The notes beneath the pieces were generated by a model. It saw only the letters and a program-made list of their open reading frames with translations, made no database searches and was not told where the DNA came from. The position numbers and the translations under genes were made by a program. 60,830 nt of DNA. It comes from a virus. Lineage: Duplodnaviria; Caudoviricetes. Location of the stretch: IMG/VR virus record IMGVR_UViG_3300032053_000074, positions 1-60,830 of that record; one strand, given 5' to 3'. Below are positions 40,069-51,111 of the stretch, one piece after another. How positions within the stretch are numbered: position 1 is the stretch's first letter; every line of letters starts with the position of its first letter.

Positions 40069-41658
40069 TTAATTTCGTTTATTCTTACCTTTCCAATCTC
40101 CAGGAACACCTGAACCATTTCCCACGCTTATTTTTACAGGTGGTGTTCCTTCAGGTATAGACTCTCCATTCTGCCCAGGTGCTAATCCACCTCCAGTTAA
40201 AAATACTCGTCTACTCATTAATGTATGTAATTTATCACGCAATGAAATCAATTGTTGAACTTGTACTGGGAGTTGTGTTATTGATGGTGATTCTTCACCT
40301 GCATCTTCATGTGAATGTATATACCAATGAGTATGTGCTAACATCCAATTACAAAGATCATATAACCAACTTACGGTAGTCTGCCCAAGTAATGCAGGTT
40401 CATTTGTATTATCATATTCGCCGAGATATATCGCAGGCGAATTTATAACTGTTTTAGTATTAGTTGTAAGAACAATTTGCTGATGTGCATCTATTGTAAA
40501 TTCATTGTCAGTTACTACCGAAAATCGTTTTTTGGAAAACTGCATCATTTCACCATATCTAGCAGATAAAATCATTCTATCAGTATTAATAATAATCTGA
40601 TCTCCATTTAATACAGGATATTTAAAACTGCTTTTACCTGCAAATTTAGATACTTCTTCACCCACTCCAAATTGTTTTTTGTAACATGTTGTTACCCACT
40701 TACTTATCGTCTGTCCACATGTTATATGAATGGAAGACCCATCGTGATTTATATCTTCTTCTATAAATCCCCCCACATTTTTTTCAAATTTAGTACCGAT
40801 TATAGTTGCTTTATTAGGACTGTGTTGTAAAGATAATATCTGTCCATTTTTTAATAGTGGACGTTGCCTATTCCGAATCATAATCATCGGATTGCCGCCA
40901 TTCTTATAATCTTTATTTTTAGGGTCTCCTATATCATGACTTCTAACTGTATCATATGCAGTCATATGAATAGTTTGCCCATGACGACTCTCAAATAATA
41001 AATCCCCCTCGAATCTCTTAACAGTACGTATCTTATTATTGGCTACAAAATATTTTCCAGCATATCCGTTATATCCAGTAACTTGTTTTTTAGGATCAGG
41101 GTTTGGAGCTTTAATAACCGATTCTATAGCACCCGAAAATAAAGTATTCGTATATAAGTTTGTATTGGGTTTTCCAGAACATGCGGTATTAATTGCAAAA
41201 TCAAGATTATTATTTATCCAGTTATGATGATTGACTTTTCTAGTATAAAAAAGTTTTCCATCAAATGTTGCTAATACTACCAATTCATTTACGAGTGGAT
41301 ATTCGGAAATATTATTTTCCATTGGATATGCCCATGCTAATTGATCTTTATTAGTCAACTTCTCAGAAATTAAAGGACGAACTAATATTCTGCCTATCCA
41401 TGTATAATCTATATCAGTAGATGAATCTGCCATTTTATCAGACAAATCCACCGGCCACCTGTCAGCATCAATTTTATTTTGTAATTTATTTGTAGTAGTA
41501 AAAACTGGGTGCGTCTCGTCTAATACGATATCCAGTACTACTCCAAGTTCTAATTCATAAAATTCTGATAATCCATTTGATTTAGAGTTACCATTGTTAT
41601 ATAAATTGAAATTATCAGATGTTCTAGTATTTTGTGAGGTTAAATTCCAATAAGACAT
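40069..41658 (-). CDS. Baseplate hub/spike protein (gp5/gpV-like)
   Basis: YPLVNELV, FEGD...ESRHGQTI, GDQIIINTDR..LSA, EPALLG, C-terminal HTHWYIHSH; near gp25. Confidence 0.65.
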   Translation of the reverse strand: MSYWNLTSQNTRTSDNFNLYNNGNSKSNGLSEFYELELGVVLDIVLDETHPVFTTTNKLQNKIDADRWPVDLSDKMADSSTDIDYTWIGRILVRPLISEKLTNKDQLAWAYPMENNISEYPLVNELVVLATFDGKLFYTRKVNHHNWINNNLDFAINTACSGKPNTNLYTNTLFSGAIESVIKAPNPDPKKQVTGYNGYAGKYFVANNKIRTVKRFEGDLLFESRHGQTIHMTAYDTVRSHDIGDPKNKDYKNGGNPMIMIRNRQRPLLKNGQILSLQHSPNKATIIGTKFEKNVGGFIEEDINHDGSSIHITCGQTISKWVTTCYKKQFGVGEEVSKFAGKSSFKYPVLNGDQIIINTDRMILSARYGEMMQFSKKRFSVVTDNEFTIDAHQQIVLTTNTKTVINSPAIYLGEYDNTNEPALLGQTTVSWLYDLCNWMLAHTHWYIHSHEDAGEESPSITQLPVQVQQLISLRDKLHTLMSRRVFLTGGGLAPGQNGESIPEGTPPVKISVGNGSGVPGDWKGKNKRN

Positions 41659-41661
41659 AAA

Positions 41662-42069
41662 TTACTTTATAGAGGATGTTAATGGTAATACTGCTGATTT
41701 AAGTTCTGTCTTTATCTTATTAAGTTTGTCAGCAGATAAATTTTGAATAAGTTGTTCCTTCTCTTCATCAGTCAATCCAACAGGTTCTCCACCAGATACA
41801 TCTATTTGTGTAGATTGTAATCTTTGAAGAACTGCCGCTAATTTAATCAATTGCTCGTCATTTTTAATACCAGAATCAATGAACTCTTTAATCTGCGGAA
41901 GAAATACTTGGGCATCATTTACATTTTTTATATAACTTCTCACATCTGTAAACAAAGAATCTAATTGATTTTTCTTAGTCTGCGATCTATTTATGACATC
42001 CGCACACAAATCACGAAAAGTCGTTCCATCACACACCTCAAAATCCATATTAGACACTTGATTATTCAT
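41662..42069 (-). CDS. Hypothetical protein
   Basis: P.IKEF.D.G.KNDEQL.KLA...QR. Confidence 0.6.
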   Translation of the reverse strand: MNNQVSNMDFEVCDGTTFRDLCADVINRSQTKKNQLDSLFTDVRSYIKNVNDAQVFLPQIKEFIDSGIKNDEQLIKLAAVLQRLQSTQIDVSGGEPVGLTDEEKEQLIQNLSADKLNKIKTELKSAVLPLTSSIK

Positions 42070-42133
42070 TTATGTACATAAATAGAGTCATACGTATACT
42101 TTTATACGTATGATCATAAATTAGTTTCCCATT

Positions 42134-43075
42134 TTATGTCGCAGTATATCGATTAGTATTAATGTCACCATCTTCTATATAAGAACGATTAATATTTTCA
42201 TGATATTGTTTCATTCTATTAATAACTTTAGTGATTTGCTGAGTCTTGCACATAGCCATCTCTCTAATATAAAGGTACAGTGCCTTTTTATTATATGCAT
42301 CTATTCTATCGGACTTACGAAAAAGCTCAATAACAGCATTTGCAATATTTAAATCTCGTTGCTTTAGAAATATTTTATCAACATTTTTTTCCCAAAATTC
42401 CACAATTAACCTAATAAAATCTGACATTTCTTGTTGAGCATAATATTTGTCATTTGCCTGAAGCTGAATAGTATGGTCATCTCGATCTTCACTTATTTCT
42501 ACATTTTGATTGAATTTTTTATAATTAGTATTATTTAATAAAATGAGATAATGCTTTGCTATTATTGAAAAATATGAATATGCCTTTGCCTTCTTATTGG
42601 GATCAGTCTTACTTAATCTACTTGGGTCAAACTTATGCATATTAGCAACAAGATGTGATAAACATTCTCGTTGCACATCTTGAGGACCTGTTTCGAAATA
42701 AGAAAATTTAAATGTATTGAAGACATTTTCTACTAATTTCTGAAATGCTTCGTATATAGAATCTCTAAATATTTTTTCACGAATAGATATATCTTCCTGA
42801 AGATTATATGCCACAATTGCATCTTCCGTTTCTTGAGTAAAATACATGCGAGATGTCCCGTTTTTACTCCTCCGTTTTCGTGGATTCTTAACCATTGCTA
42901 TCAATGGTTCTAATTCAGTTGAAATTTTTATAAGTGGTATTTTTAAGACTAATGGTTTAGATTTTAAAAAATTCTTTTTTTTCTTTTTGTTTTTCTTAAA
43001 TGTAATCTTTTTGGATGTAGTCTTTTTAAATGTAATCTTCTTCTTCTTAGATGTAACTTTTTTATGTTTTGTCAT
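42134..43075 (-). CDS. Late transcription sigma-like factor (gp55-like)
   Basis: YFTQETEDAI..YN, KLVEN, KFDP...KAYSYFSIIAK.YLI (sigma region-2-like); Lys-rich N-terminus. Confidence 0.6.
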   Translation of the reverse strand: MTKHKKVTSKKKKITFKKTTSKKITFKKNKKKKKNFLKSKPLVLKIPLIKISTELEPLIAMVKNPRKRRSKNGTSRMYFTQETEDAIVAYNLQEDISIREKIFRDSIYEAFQKLVENVFNTFKFSYFETGPQDVQRECLSHLVANMHKFDPSRLSKTDPNKKAKAYSYFSIIAKHYLILLNNTNYKKFNQNVEISEDRDDHTIQLQANDKYYAQQEMSDFIRLIVEFWEKNVDKIFLKQRDLNIANAVIELFRKSDRIDAYNKKALYLYIREMAMCKTQQITKVINRMKQYHENINRSYIEDGDINTNRYTAT

Positions 43076-43077
43076 AG

Positions 43078-43365
43078 TTATTGTATTTTAACATTTAATT
43101 CTTCCATAACATTTAACAATTCCTTAAATATTTGCCCAACCTGATCGTCGGATTCAAATACTCCCTTATCATTCACTGATGTAGCAAATGTTCCCTTATT
43201 ATCAATCTCACGCATTATATCAAGTGTATTTTCTACATCTTTCTTAAAATTAACTATCCATTGTTCATAAACATTAATTTTAAATCGCAAGATTTTTATA
43301 AGTCTAAACATAAATACCGTAAGTAATAAGAGTAACGAAATAATTAAAATTAATGTGAATATCAT
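43078..43365 (-). CDS. Small membrane-anchored protein
   Basis: Hydrophobic N-terminus; FESDDQVG..F. Confidence 0.6.
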   Translation of the reverse strand: MIFTLILIISLLLLLTVFMFRLIKILRFKINVYEQWIVNFKKDVENTLDIMREIDNKGTFATSVNDKGVFESDDQVGQIFKELLNVMEELNVKIQ

Positions 43366-43367
43366 AT

Positions 43368-43505
43368 TTATTGTTCATCGCCATGATGTTTGGAGTCTAA
43401 AAATTCTCTCAGAACCTCCTTCGCTTCATCAACGATATCCCAATCTCTATCTGTTGTTGCATTTTTTAAAAGTTCAATAACATATTTAATATCAGATTGA
43501 TCCAT
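43368..43505 (-). CDS. Small hypothetical protein (45 aa, not in ORF track)
   Basis: MDQSDIKYVIELLKNATTDRDWDIVDEAKEVLREFLDSKHHGDEQ; abuts the next gene. Confidence 0.5.
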   Translation of the reverse strand: MDQSDIKYVIELLKNATTDRDWDIVDEAKEVLREFLDSKHHGDEQ

Positions 43506-43625
43506 AATTTATAAGCCTTAGTTTAAGTTTCATAACTCATATATATAGGAAACTAATCGTAATACAAATATTTATTTAATTTTATATATGCAATAGTATA
43601 TTAATATAGCATATTTGTCAACTTA

Positions 43626-44672
43626 TTATAACTTAAACATTCGCCTCATATCCGCATCTATAGCTGAAGATAGATCGGGTTTAGGTGGAGATTCTACAAT
43701 AGGGGAAGTATCATTATCTAAAATTAATTGCTTTGTAGGAGATAATACAGGTTCTACAGTAGGATTCACCAACGGTTCTACAATAGGGGAAGTATCATTA
43801 TCTAAAATTAATTGCTTTGTAGGAGATAGTACAGGTTCTTTAGATGGAGTAGGAATAGAAATAACACTATTCTCTGGTTTATAAACAACTACATTATATG
43901 CAAGTATTAAAGCAATTGCCAATGGATCGAAAACAAATATAATTACGAGAATAAACCATTTGGCTACATTATCTAAAGTAGTTCCAAATTGATCTGCTAC
44001 AAATTTGAAAGTTTGGATGTCCTTCTTCCCGGCTGAATCAAATTTCATATGATTTATTTGATCATTGATTTCCATAATCTTAACTTGATTTTCTTTTATT
44101 TTAATATCTTCCGATTTTATTTCCGAATTCGATTCATTGATAAGTGCAATAGTTTGGTCTTGTAATTCTTTTAATTGTAATGGATTTCTACTTAAAAATG
44201 CGTTGGTTATTCCTTCTGAAAGACGTGATTCTTGTACCACTCTCATTTCAGATAACATTTTTATTCTTAATTCTGACTTGGCAATTGTATTTGTGTAAAA
44301 TCCTTTGTTTGATTCTACCATAGCAATCTTATCTTGAGTAGACTTAAATTCAATCGAAGACTTTTGATAAGCGGAACTTAAATATCCAAAAATTCCAATT
44401 GAAGTAACTAGCATAAGAACTACTGAAGCAATGCTTAAATATGTCTTCAATAACTTATTTATTTTATTCCAATACCTGTATAAAAATGTAACCGCAACTA
44501 ATTTTCCTATTTCTAATGATGCTGCCATTATTGCAGTCAATACAAATGCACCTGCAAATAATGTCGCAATTCCATACACAGAGAAGAATGCAGAAACAAA
44601 GGCAATTGTTATAGCGGTTAATCCAAGTAGTTTATCGAATTTAATAATATGATTGGATATGAAGTCTTTCAT
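43626..44672 (-). CDS. Multi-pass membrane protein with coiled coil
   Basis: SAFFSVYG...FAGA...M...LEIGKLV, TS.GIFGYLS.AY, IIFVFDPLAI. Confidence 0.75.
   Translation of the reverse strand: MKDFISNHIIKFDKLLGLTAITIAFVSAFFSVYGIATLFAGAFVLTAIMAASLEIGKLVAVTFLYRYWNKINKLLKTYLSIASVVLMLVTSIGIFGYLSSAYQKSSIEFKSTQDKIAMVESNKGFYTNTIAKSELRIKMLSEMRVVQESRLSEGITNAFLSRNPLQLKELQDQTIALINESNSEIKSEDIKIKENQVKIMEINDQINHMKFDSAGKKDIQTFKFVADQFGTTLDNVAKWFILVIIFVFDPLAIALILAYNVVVYKPENSVISIPTPSKEPVLSPTKQLILDNDTSPIVEPLVNPTVEPVLSPTKQLILDNDTSPIVESPPKPDLSSAIDADMRRMFKL
43692..43839 (-). repeat. 64-bp direct duplication (EPVLSPTKQLILDNDTSPIVE x2)
   Basis: Copies at 43692-43755 and 43776-43839. Confidence 0.9.
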
Positions 44673-44689
44673 TAATATCAGTAATTAAA

Positions 44690-46366
44690 TTATACCACAC
44701 TAACCAATATCCCGCCTTTAAAAGTACATGTCTTAATACCAGGAGTAACATCAGTAGCAGATCCACTCAAAATACGAAATACTCCGTCAATTCCACCTGA
44801 ACCAGAGCAGAAATATTTTTCAGTTGCATTGATTGAACCACTTACATTTAATGAATATGGATTTACCATAGATGCAAATGTGGCGGCACTTCCTGTTCTA
44901 TCATTTACTGTAGGCCAAATTGTAACTGGATTCCCATGAATATTATAATTTCTAGGAGAAGAATTCGAATTACCATAAACTCCAGGTTCCGGTGGGAATA
45001 TTAAATAAGGACCTTCAGCTGAGGATGAACCAAAACTACCGGTATCTTTAAACACAGGAGGGTCAACATTAATTTCACGCAAAAATTTAATACTTCCATA
45101 TGAATTTAGTCTAAGAGTTACAGTTTCGTCAGGTAGTAATAGTCCATCAATATATAAATCTATAGTAAAGAATGGGTCATTTATCGAATATCCACCACTT
45201 CCGTTCTGTAAAAAAGGTCGCCATTGTGATACACGAATATATCTAATAATATCATATCCATACAGTGGAGCATAATTGACTCTGGCATATATTGCTTTAT
45301 TCATATATTGTTGATTGTAAATATCTACATCAATATATTGGGTTACATTACTTTGAAATGGTGGTGAAGGTCTATTATTACTAGTATTAAGAGTTATAGT
45401 TATTCTTCCTATATATCCCCCGCAAGTTGAAAATCCAGCATTTGTCTCGCCTTTGGCATAATCAGGAGAAAGAACTGCTCCACCACCGCTATAATCAAAT
45501 AGACTATCACATGCTATTCGTACCCATTTCTTATTAAAAGACTGACTTATGCTACCTTCGGAAGTTCCTATTGTCGCATATGATCCATCAGCTCCGCTTC
45601 CAGACCAAAACATATTTGTTAATCCATTAGTTGCATCAACACTTCCGCTAAATCTATGTGTTATAAAATCAGTTCCAATAAACGAAGGACTCACTATATT
45701 GCCAGCCGAATACATTCCAACAGAAGCTCCCGTAGTTCCAGTTCCTAGATTTGTATTGGATTTATAATCAAATCCAAATTGACGACTATAACCTGGCCAA
45801 TTTACCGGGTCAATTTGAGGATCATATCCATCTGCCGCTGCGTATGGTGGATATACTAGAACGACATTTGGAGTAAGTCCAGTACTCCCTGTTACAGACA
45901 AAGGTCCGTCAATTCTTAAATTTCCATTCACGCCACTTCCTGTCCATGAAGGAATATATTTAATTGTTCCATTTAAACTTACATTATCCGCAAAAAGCGC
46001 ATGAGATGCAGAAATTGATTGTGTAGCAAATAATGATTGTGTAGCAAATAATGATTGTGTAGCAAATAATGATTGTGTAGCAAATCGAGATTGTGTAGCA
46101 AATAATGATTGACTTGCAAATAGAGATTGTGTAGCAAATAATGATTGACTTGCAAATAGAGATCCACTTGCAAATAGAGATCCACTTGCAAATAGAGATC
46201 CACTTGCAAATATAGACCCAGATGAATATGTACTTGCCGACAGACTGCTTTTTATAGAATCCAGAGATACTCGATATGTAGTTAACGAACTACTATCTAC
46301 TAATGGAAAGAAATCTTCTCCTAAAATTGCGGCGAAAGAATCTAATTGACTTATTTTTATGCTCAT
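44690..46366 (-). CDS. Putative tail fibre/appendage protein
   Basis: KISQL N-terminus, hexapeptide repeats, C-terminal F.GGILV. Confidence 0.6.
   Translation of the reverse strand: MSIKISQLDSFAAILGEDFFPLVDSSSLTTYRVSLDSIKSSLSASTYSSGSIFASGSLFASGSLFASGSLFASQSLFATQSLFASQSLFATQSRFATQSLFATQSLFATQSLFATQSISASHALFADNVSLNGTIKYIPSWTGSGVNGNLRIDGPLSVTGSTGLTPNVVLVYPPYAAADGYDPQIDPVNWPGYSRQFGFDYKSNTNLGTGTTGASVGMYSAGNIVSPSFIGTDFITHRFSGSVDATNGLTNMFWSGSGADGSYATIGTSEGSISQSFNKKWVRIACDSLFDYSGGGAVLSPDYAKGETNAGFSTCGGYIGRITITLNTSNNRPSPPFQSNVTQYIDVDIYNQQYMNKAIYARVNYAPLYGYDIIRYIRVSQWRPFLQNGSGGYSINDPFFTIDLYIDGLLLPDETVTLRLNSYGSIKFLREINVDPPVFKDTGSFGSSSAEGPYLIFPPEPGVYGNSNSSPRNYNIHGNPVTIWPTVNDRTGSAATFASMVNPYSLNVSGSINATEKYFCSGSGGIDGVFRILSGSATDVTPGIKTCTFKGGILVSVV
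46016..46221 (-). repeat. 18-bp tandem repeat ([18 protein letters not shown])
   Basis: About 11 units of gattgtgtagcaaataat / gatccacttgcaaataga. Confidence 0.9.
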
Positions 46367-46374
46367 ATTTTATA

Positions 46375-48273
46375 TTAAATGATAACAGTCCATGCGTTAG
46401 ATTTCAGTGTATTAATATTGGTTTCTATACTTGATGAATATATCGATCCGACTATTGGTTGACTACCGGTTATATTTAAATATCCATTAGTAAGTCCATA
46501 TCCTGCAAGATCGGAACATATATTTGCTTGAGATGCAGGATTTAAATTTGGAGAATTATTAAATGTGAATAATTTCAATGAAGTAGGTAGCGTGGAAGTC
46601 CATGCGGATAATAATGAACTACTATCGAACGACATAGAAACTATACTATTTGGAAATGTAGTTGATACACTTGTTAAATTTGTATTACTACAATAAAATT
46701 TTGTCAATCCATATGGAAGTGCTGCTGGCAATGATGTTAATGGATTGAATGAACAACTTATATATGACATAGTTCTAGCTAAATCAGGAAGTCTAGTTAA
46801 TACATTAGATGAACAAATTAGAATTGATGCAGATGTATATGTAAGTGGTGCTAATGACATAATACTGTTATCATTAATAGACATTGTAACTATAGAATTA
46901 GGCATTCCACCTATATCTTGCATAAGTGGATTACTTGTACAAGTGAATTTTACTAAATTAGGTAATGTCCATACATATCTAATTCCAGTAACAGATGATG
47001 CATCGATAGAATACATATCAGAGGAGGATGTGGCAATATTTGCCGCAGTATTTACTGCAGGTCCTCCAAGAGATGATGAAAATGTAAGAGTTTCATAAGA
47101 GTAATTAGTCATTAATCGTAAAGATTCTCCTGCGCCAAATGTTATATTATTAGAAGGACTTACCACACCAAATCTTACTGACCTAGTTGTATTTAAGTAT
47201 ATATTATTAGAAGAACTAACATATAATACATAAGAACCACTTAATAACGCTTCTCCTCCTAATGAAAATGGGATGTTAAGTGTACCGGACGTAGTAGATG
47301 TTCCGCCAATATTTACATTAACATCAGCAGAATCAATGGATGCGGTTATCCCTGACCATCTATTTAAAGCAATAAGAGTTATATACTCATTTCGAATTGT
47401 GGAAGAAGTATATGGAACAATCAAATTTCCCCATGCTTGAATATCCGTAGTTTCTGGGATTGATGTAGGCGAACTTATATTAACCAAATCTATAGATGCG
47501 CTTGAAATTGATTTTGTAATTGCATTTTTAATACCCCAATTTATAGGAATACCTGAATTAAGTCCCGCTACTGCTAATGCATATGATGCAGTCCCATTTG
47601 GGACTCCAGTATAACTCAAATTTGCTGCTGTTAGAGCATATGAAGCGGTTCTTGCATTTGCTGCTGTTAGAGCATATGAAGCGGTTCTTGCATTTGATGC
47701 TGTTCCATTATTTATGCCAGGTGTATAAATTAAATATGATGCACTGTCTGCTAAATCTGCCAAGTCTGAATTTGTGACAGATTGATATGAAGTTGATATA
47801 GCATATGATGCTGTGAAAGCATACGATGCTGTTCCATTTGGAATCCCTGTATAAAGCAAGTATGACGCTGTTTGTGAATATGTAGCAAATGCCGCAGAAT
47901 TTACAGTTTCACATGAACATGATAATGCATAAGATGCTGTAAGAGAATATGATGCAGATAAGGCATAAGATGCTGAAATAGCATGAAGGATATAAGATGC
48001 TGTAAGAGAATTCCATGACCAACTCGAAGTGGCAGCGTAACTAGCAGAGGGACAACATGGAGCCCATGAAGCAGATAACGCTTGTAATGCATAACTCGCA
48101 GTGCCGTTGAATGACCCAGTTATATTCCCGCCATTTAAGATATACGAGCGTAAGTCTACTATCTTTAATTTTTTAGATTCAAACTCCGATACATCTGCCA
48201 ATAGAAATAAGTCATCTACTGCTAATTCTATTACACTTATCGGAGCTAATTCTGTTACACGTTTATTTGCCAT
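46375..48273 (-). CDS. Putative fibre protein with ASYA repeats and C-terminal LRRs
   Basis: KRVTEL N-terminus; many TASYA units; LT.LP.L LRRs; start moved to ATG 48273. Confidence 0.65.
   Translation of the reverse strand: MANKRVTELAPISVIELAVDDLFLLADVSEFESKKLKIVDLRSYILNGGNITGSFNGTASYALQALSASWAPCCPSASYAATSSWSWNSLTASYILHAISASYALSASYSLTASYALSCSCETVNSAAFATYSQTASYLLYTGIPNGTASYAFTASYAISTSYQSVTNSDLADLADSASYLIYTPGINNGTASNARTASYALTAANARTASYALTAANLSYTGVPNGTASYALAVAGLNSGIPINWGIKNAITKSISSASIDLVNISSPTSIPETTDIQAWGNLIVPYTSSTIRNEYITLIALNRWSGITASIDSADVNVNIGGTSTTSGTLNIPFSLGGEALLSGSYVLYVSSSNNIYLNTTRSVRFGVVSPSNNITFGAGESLRLMTNYSYETLTFSSSLGGPAVNTAANIATSSSDMYSIDASSVTGIRYVWTLPNLVKFTCTSNPLMQDIGGMPNSIVTMSINDNSIMSLAPLTYTSASILICSSNVLTRLPDLARTMSYISCSFNPLTSLPAALPYGLTKFYCSNTNLTSVSTTFPNSIVSMSFDSSSLLSAWTSTLPTSLKLFTFNNSPNLNPASQANICSDLAGYGLTNGYLNITGSQPIVGSIYSSSIETNINTLKSNAWTVII
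47621..47692 (-). repeat. Perfect 36-bp tandem duplication
   Basis: ARTASYALTAAN x2. Confidence 0.9.
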
Positions 48274-48288
48274 GCTAATAAATAGCAA

Positions 48289-50157
48289 TCACAGAGCCTT
48301 TTTTACTTTCTTAATGATAAATCGTACAAGTCCACTTCGAACTATATCGTCTTCTGTAAATCTAAAAACATGAATTCCGTTTTGACGACTCTCTTCATCA
48401 TCAAAACTTCCAATCATTTTCACAAATCCACTCTTTCCATTTATATCACTTTGCTCTGGATCGCCTAATATAAATACTTTTGAAAACTCCCCAGTGCGTG
48501 TAATAAGTGTAAATAGTTCTTTAAATGTCATATTTTGTGCTTCATCAGCTATAATAACTTTAGCATTCCAATTCAAACCACGTAGAAATCCAACCGGAAC
48601 ACCCGATACTCGCTCTTCTTTCAATAAAATATCAATATCCGATTTTGGCAGCATTTCCGCCATTTTATCAAGAAGTGGTTGAATATATGGTGCTAATTTA
48701 TCAGTCGCTTCACCAGGAAGAAATCCAATTTTAGCATCAGAACTCTCCACAGCACTTCTTATATAAATCAAATCACTAACCCGCTTATCATTAATCATAT
48801 TAAGAGCATGATATATGGAAAGAAATGTATTATGAGTAACTATAAAGTTATTAGTTAAATATAAATGAGAAGGATTGTCAACTAATATACATTGACATTC
48901 CTTTCTTCCAATAAATTCTACATTTGTTATGTATCTTGTTGGAACATATTTAGATTTAGGAATTATTTTAATAGATTTTCTTTCCAGCCAACAGGGATTG
49001 ATGGATGGATGCATCGCTATACACACTGAATATGAATTCAACCCCTGCCGTTTTTGTTCTAAATAAGTATAAAAATTTTCACGAATTGATACATGACAAA
49101 CTCCTCCTAAAGATTCGACTATAAATCTAATATCATTTGCTAAATTCTTAGAAGTGGTAGTAAATATCACAGAACTTGATTTTGAACAAACATGTCCGTC
49201 ACTATCCATCAACCCTCGTAATAATTCGATTCTATTTTCTATAGAATCGAATAAATATTCATGTGGAATAAATTTATTCTCGGATTTTAACATATCCAAT
49301 TTTAATTTTATGATCTCATTTTTTATAAGATTTCCATTGTTATAGGCAATTGATTTCTTTTTGTGGATAATCGAATATTCATATTTTGCCGATGGCAATT
49401 TATTTATTTTAACTTCATGTGGAAGTTCTTTATTCATTTTCAATATAATAGATTCGTCCGAAGTTGTAAATGTGACATTTCCTTTTCGGCGAAAACATCC
49501 ATCACCAAGTAAAAACCCCATTATGTATGGAGAAATTATATGGGATTGGTGCTTAAATTTAATTGGCAATGTTATTGGTATAGAATGATTAATTCTATTT
49601 TGTCTAACGTATAATGTATCTTTAATTTCCGATGTCGTTTTTGTAGTTCCTTCTCTTGAGGTTGTCCATTCTCTATGTCGCTTTCCATTGATAGTTGGCA
49701 ACCATCTTCGTTGATTTCTATCATTGGAAGTTTGAGTTTTCCACAAATGATCCTCCGTGCATTCAGTAAATGTTCCATCTGAAAATGATACTTTGCAAAT
49801 TTCCTTTTCTCCTTGTGGATGTAACGATAAAACCGACCACAAATTTCCATCTTCTCCAAATATTTTATCCCCTACTTTAATGTTTCCCATTTTTATCCAT
49901 CCATTTTCTCCTAAAATTATGGAATCTAATGGTTGTGCCTTGCTTGTTCCAGCAGGACCAGAAACAAATACAAGACTTACGTCTTTATTAGATGCTAACT
50001 CTAAAAACTGTTTCTGCTTATCATTTAATTTTCTGTTATATATTTTGAGATTTCCTTTGAATTTAGATCTCTGAGGAACATCTGGACTATAATCTTTTAC
50101 GATGGATTCATGTGGGTTTATCAGGGTTTGATTTATCCGTTTTTTCTTTTTCATCAT
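48289..50157 (-). CDS. phoH: PhoH-family ATPase with intein
   Basis: GPAGTSK|T, RSAVE..GFLPG, FLRGL, ADEAQN, LITR.G, GDPEQSD, DIVRSGLV. Confidence 0.93.
   Translation of the reverse strand: MMKKKKRINQTLINPHESIVKDYSPDVPQRSKFKGNLKIYNRKLNDKQKQFLELASNKDVSLVFVSGPAGTSKAQPLDSIILGENGWIKMGNIKVGDKIFGEDGNLWSVLSLHPQGEKEICKVSFSDGTFTECTEDHLWKTQTSNDRNQRRWLPTINGKRHREWTTSREGTTKTTSEIKDTLYVRQNRINHSIPITLPIKFKHQSHIISPYIMGFLLGDGCFRRKGNVTFTTSDESIILKMNKELPHEVKINKLPSAKYEYSIIHKKKSIAYNNGNLIKNEIIKLKLDMLKSENKFIPHEYLFDSIENRIELLRGLMDSDGHVCSKSSSVIFTTTSKNLANDIRFIVESLGGVCHVSIRENFYTYLEQKRQGLNSYSVCIAMHPSINPCWLERKSIKIIPKSKYVPTRYITNVEFIGRKECQCILVDNPSHLYLTNNFIVTHNTFLSIYHALNMINDKRVSDLIYIRSAVESSDAKIGFLPGEATDKLAPYIQPLLDKMAEMLPKSDIDILLKEERVSGVPVGFLRGLNWNAKVIIADEAQNMTFKELFTLITRTGEFSKVFILGDPEQSDINGKSGFVKMIGSFDDEESRQNGIHVFRFTEDDIVRSGLVRFIIKKVKKAL
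48829..49938 (-). mobile_element. Class-3 intein (370 aa, LAGLIDADG) in the PhoH P-loop
   Basis: K|AQPLDS...CTEDHLW...MGFLLGDG...LLRGLMDSDG...ECQCILV...IVTHN|T; WCT triad present. Confidence 0.9.
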
Positions 50158-50479
50158 GTTTATATTTTAATAGTTTATGCAGTTCATCTACTCGTGGACA
50201 TAATTCATAAATTTCATTTTTTTTATAAAAATTACTTATATGAATTAAATTGGGAATATATTCTCTTTCGCAAATAGTCACGACAAAGGATGTGTTATTA
50301 AATTGAAATACTTCTACTAGATTAAGATTATTTTTGTGGGCAAATTTTATGGAAGAAATTACATGTTCCATCATATCAACTCGAAATTTGGAAATGAATT
50401 CTCGCATTTCATCATTGGTTGATGGTAAAAGATATGGTTCATTTTCGGAGACTTCAATCTTTTTATTTTTATTAACCAT
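50108..50479 (-). CDS. Hypothetical protein
   Basis: L..I..FY...E.YELC; start moved to ATG 50479. Confidence 0.6.
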   Translation of the reverse strand: MVNKNKKIEVSENEPYLLPSTNDEMREFISKFRVDMMEHVISSIKFAHKNNLNLVEVFQFNNTSFVVTICEREYIPNLIHISNFYKKNEIYELCPRVDELHKLLKYKHDEKEKTDKSNPDKPT

Positions 50480-50529
50480 GTTAATAAATATCATCTGCCA
50501 ATATAATAGTACAAATTATAATTGTGTAC

Positions 50530-50566
50530 AAAAAAAAGGCAAGACCGTTTGGTCTTGCCTTTTTTT
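50530..50566. terminator. Bidirectional intrinsic terminator at the early/late boundary
   Basis: A8-GGCAAGACC-GTTT-GGTCTTGCC-T7. Confidence 0.9.
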
Positions 50567-50579
50567 ATTTTATTTTAAA

Positions 50580-50828
50580 TTACCATACCCGATGTAATCT
50601 TGAGTCGTATTGAACTATTTCTACGGGTTCTCCATGAGAATGCTTTTTTGAAATAAGCTTCCAAAAATCTTTTTCTAAGATTGCATTTGTGTCCGTAGAA
50701 GTAGAATAATCTCTACTTGATACCCGATTCCCATCTCTAATTACTACATATGAAATATTCTTTTCAGAAATATTTTGTTCTACATTACTAATTACCGTAT
50801 TTTGTATTTCAACGTTATTTGTTTTCAT
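50580..50828 (-). CDS. Hypothetical protein
   Basis: 82-aa ORF upstream of the terminator. Confidence 0.6.
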   Translation of the reverse strand: MKTNNVEIQNTVISNVEQNISEKNISYVVIRDGNRVSSRDYSTSTDTNAILEKDFWKLISKKHSHGEPVEIVQYDSRLHRVW

Positions 50829-51111
50829 TATATTCTTCTTTAGGAAGATTTTCTAATATGAATTTAGCAACTCCACGAGCATCATTGTTTGTTGCGATGA
50901 TGCAGTCTGCCCATGGATTACCAGTTTTTATTATATTCCAACACCATCGAAATTTTTCTTTCCATCCACGAATTTTAGAACCATTGCGGGAATAATTCCA
51001 AATTGTAAAGTTGAATCCATTATCGTGTTCATCATAATTATAGCGTTCAACTTCAAGAACATGACAGGTACACTCACATTTAATAAAGTGTGATTTATTT
51101 TCCATATTCAT
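50815..51111 (-). CDS. Hypothetical protein
   Basis: FIKCEC..H.L; W....W..IK.G; start at MNMENK. Confidence 0.55.
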   Translation of the reverse strand: MNMENKSHFIKCECTCHVLEVERYNYDEHDNGFNFTIWNYSRNGSKIRGWKEKFRWCWNIIKTGNPWADCIIATNNDARGVAKFILENLPKEEYNENK

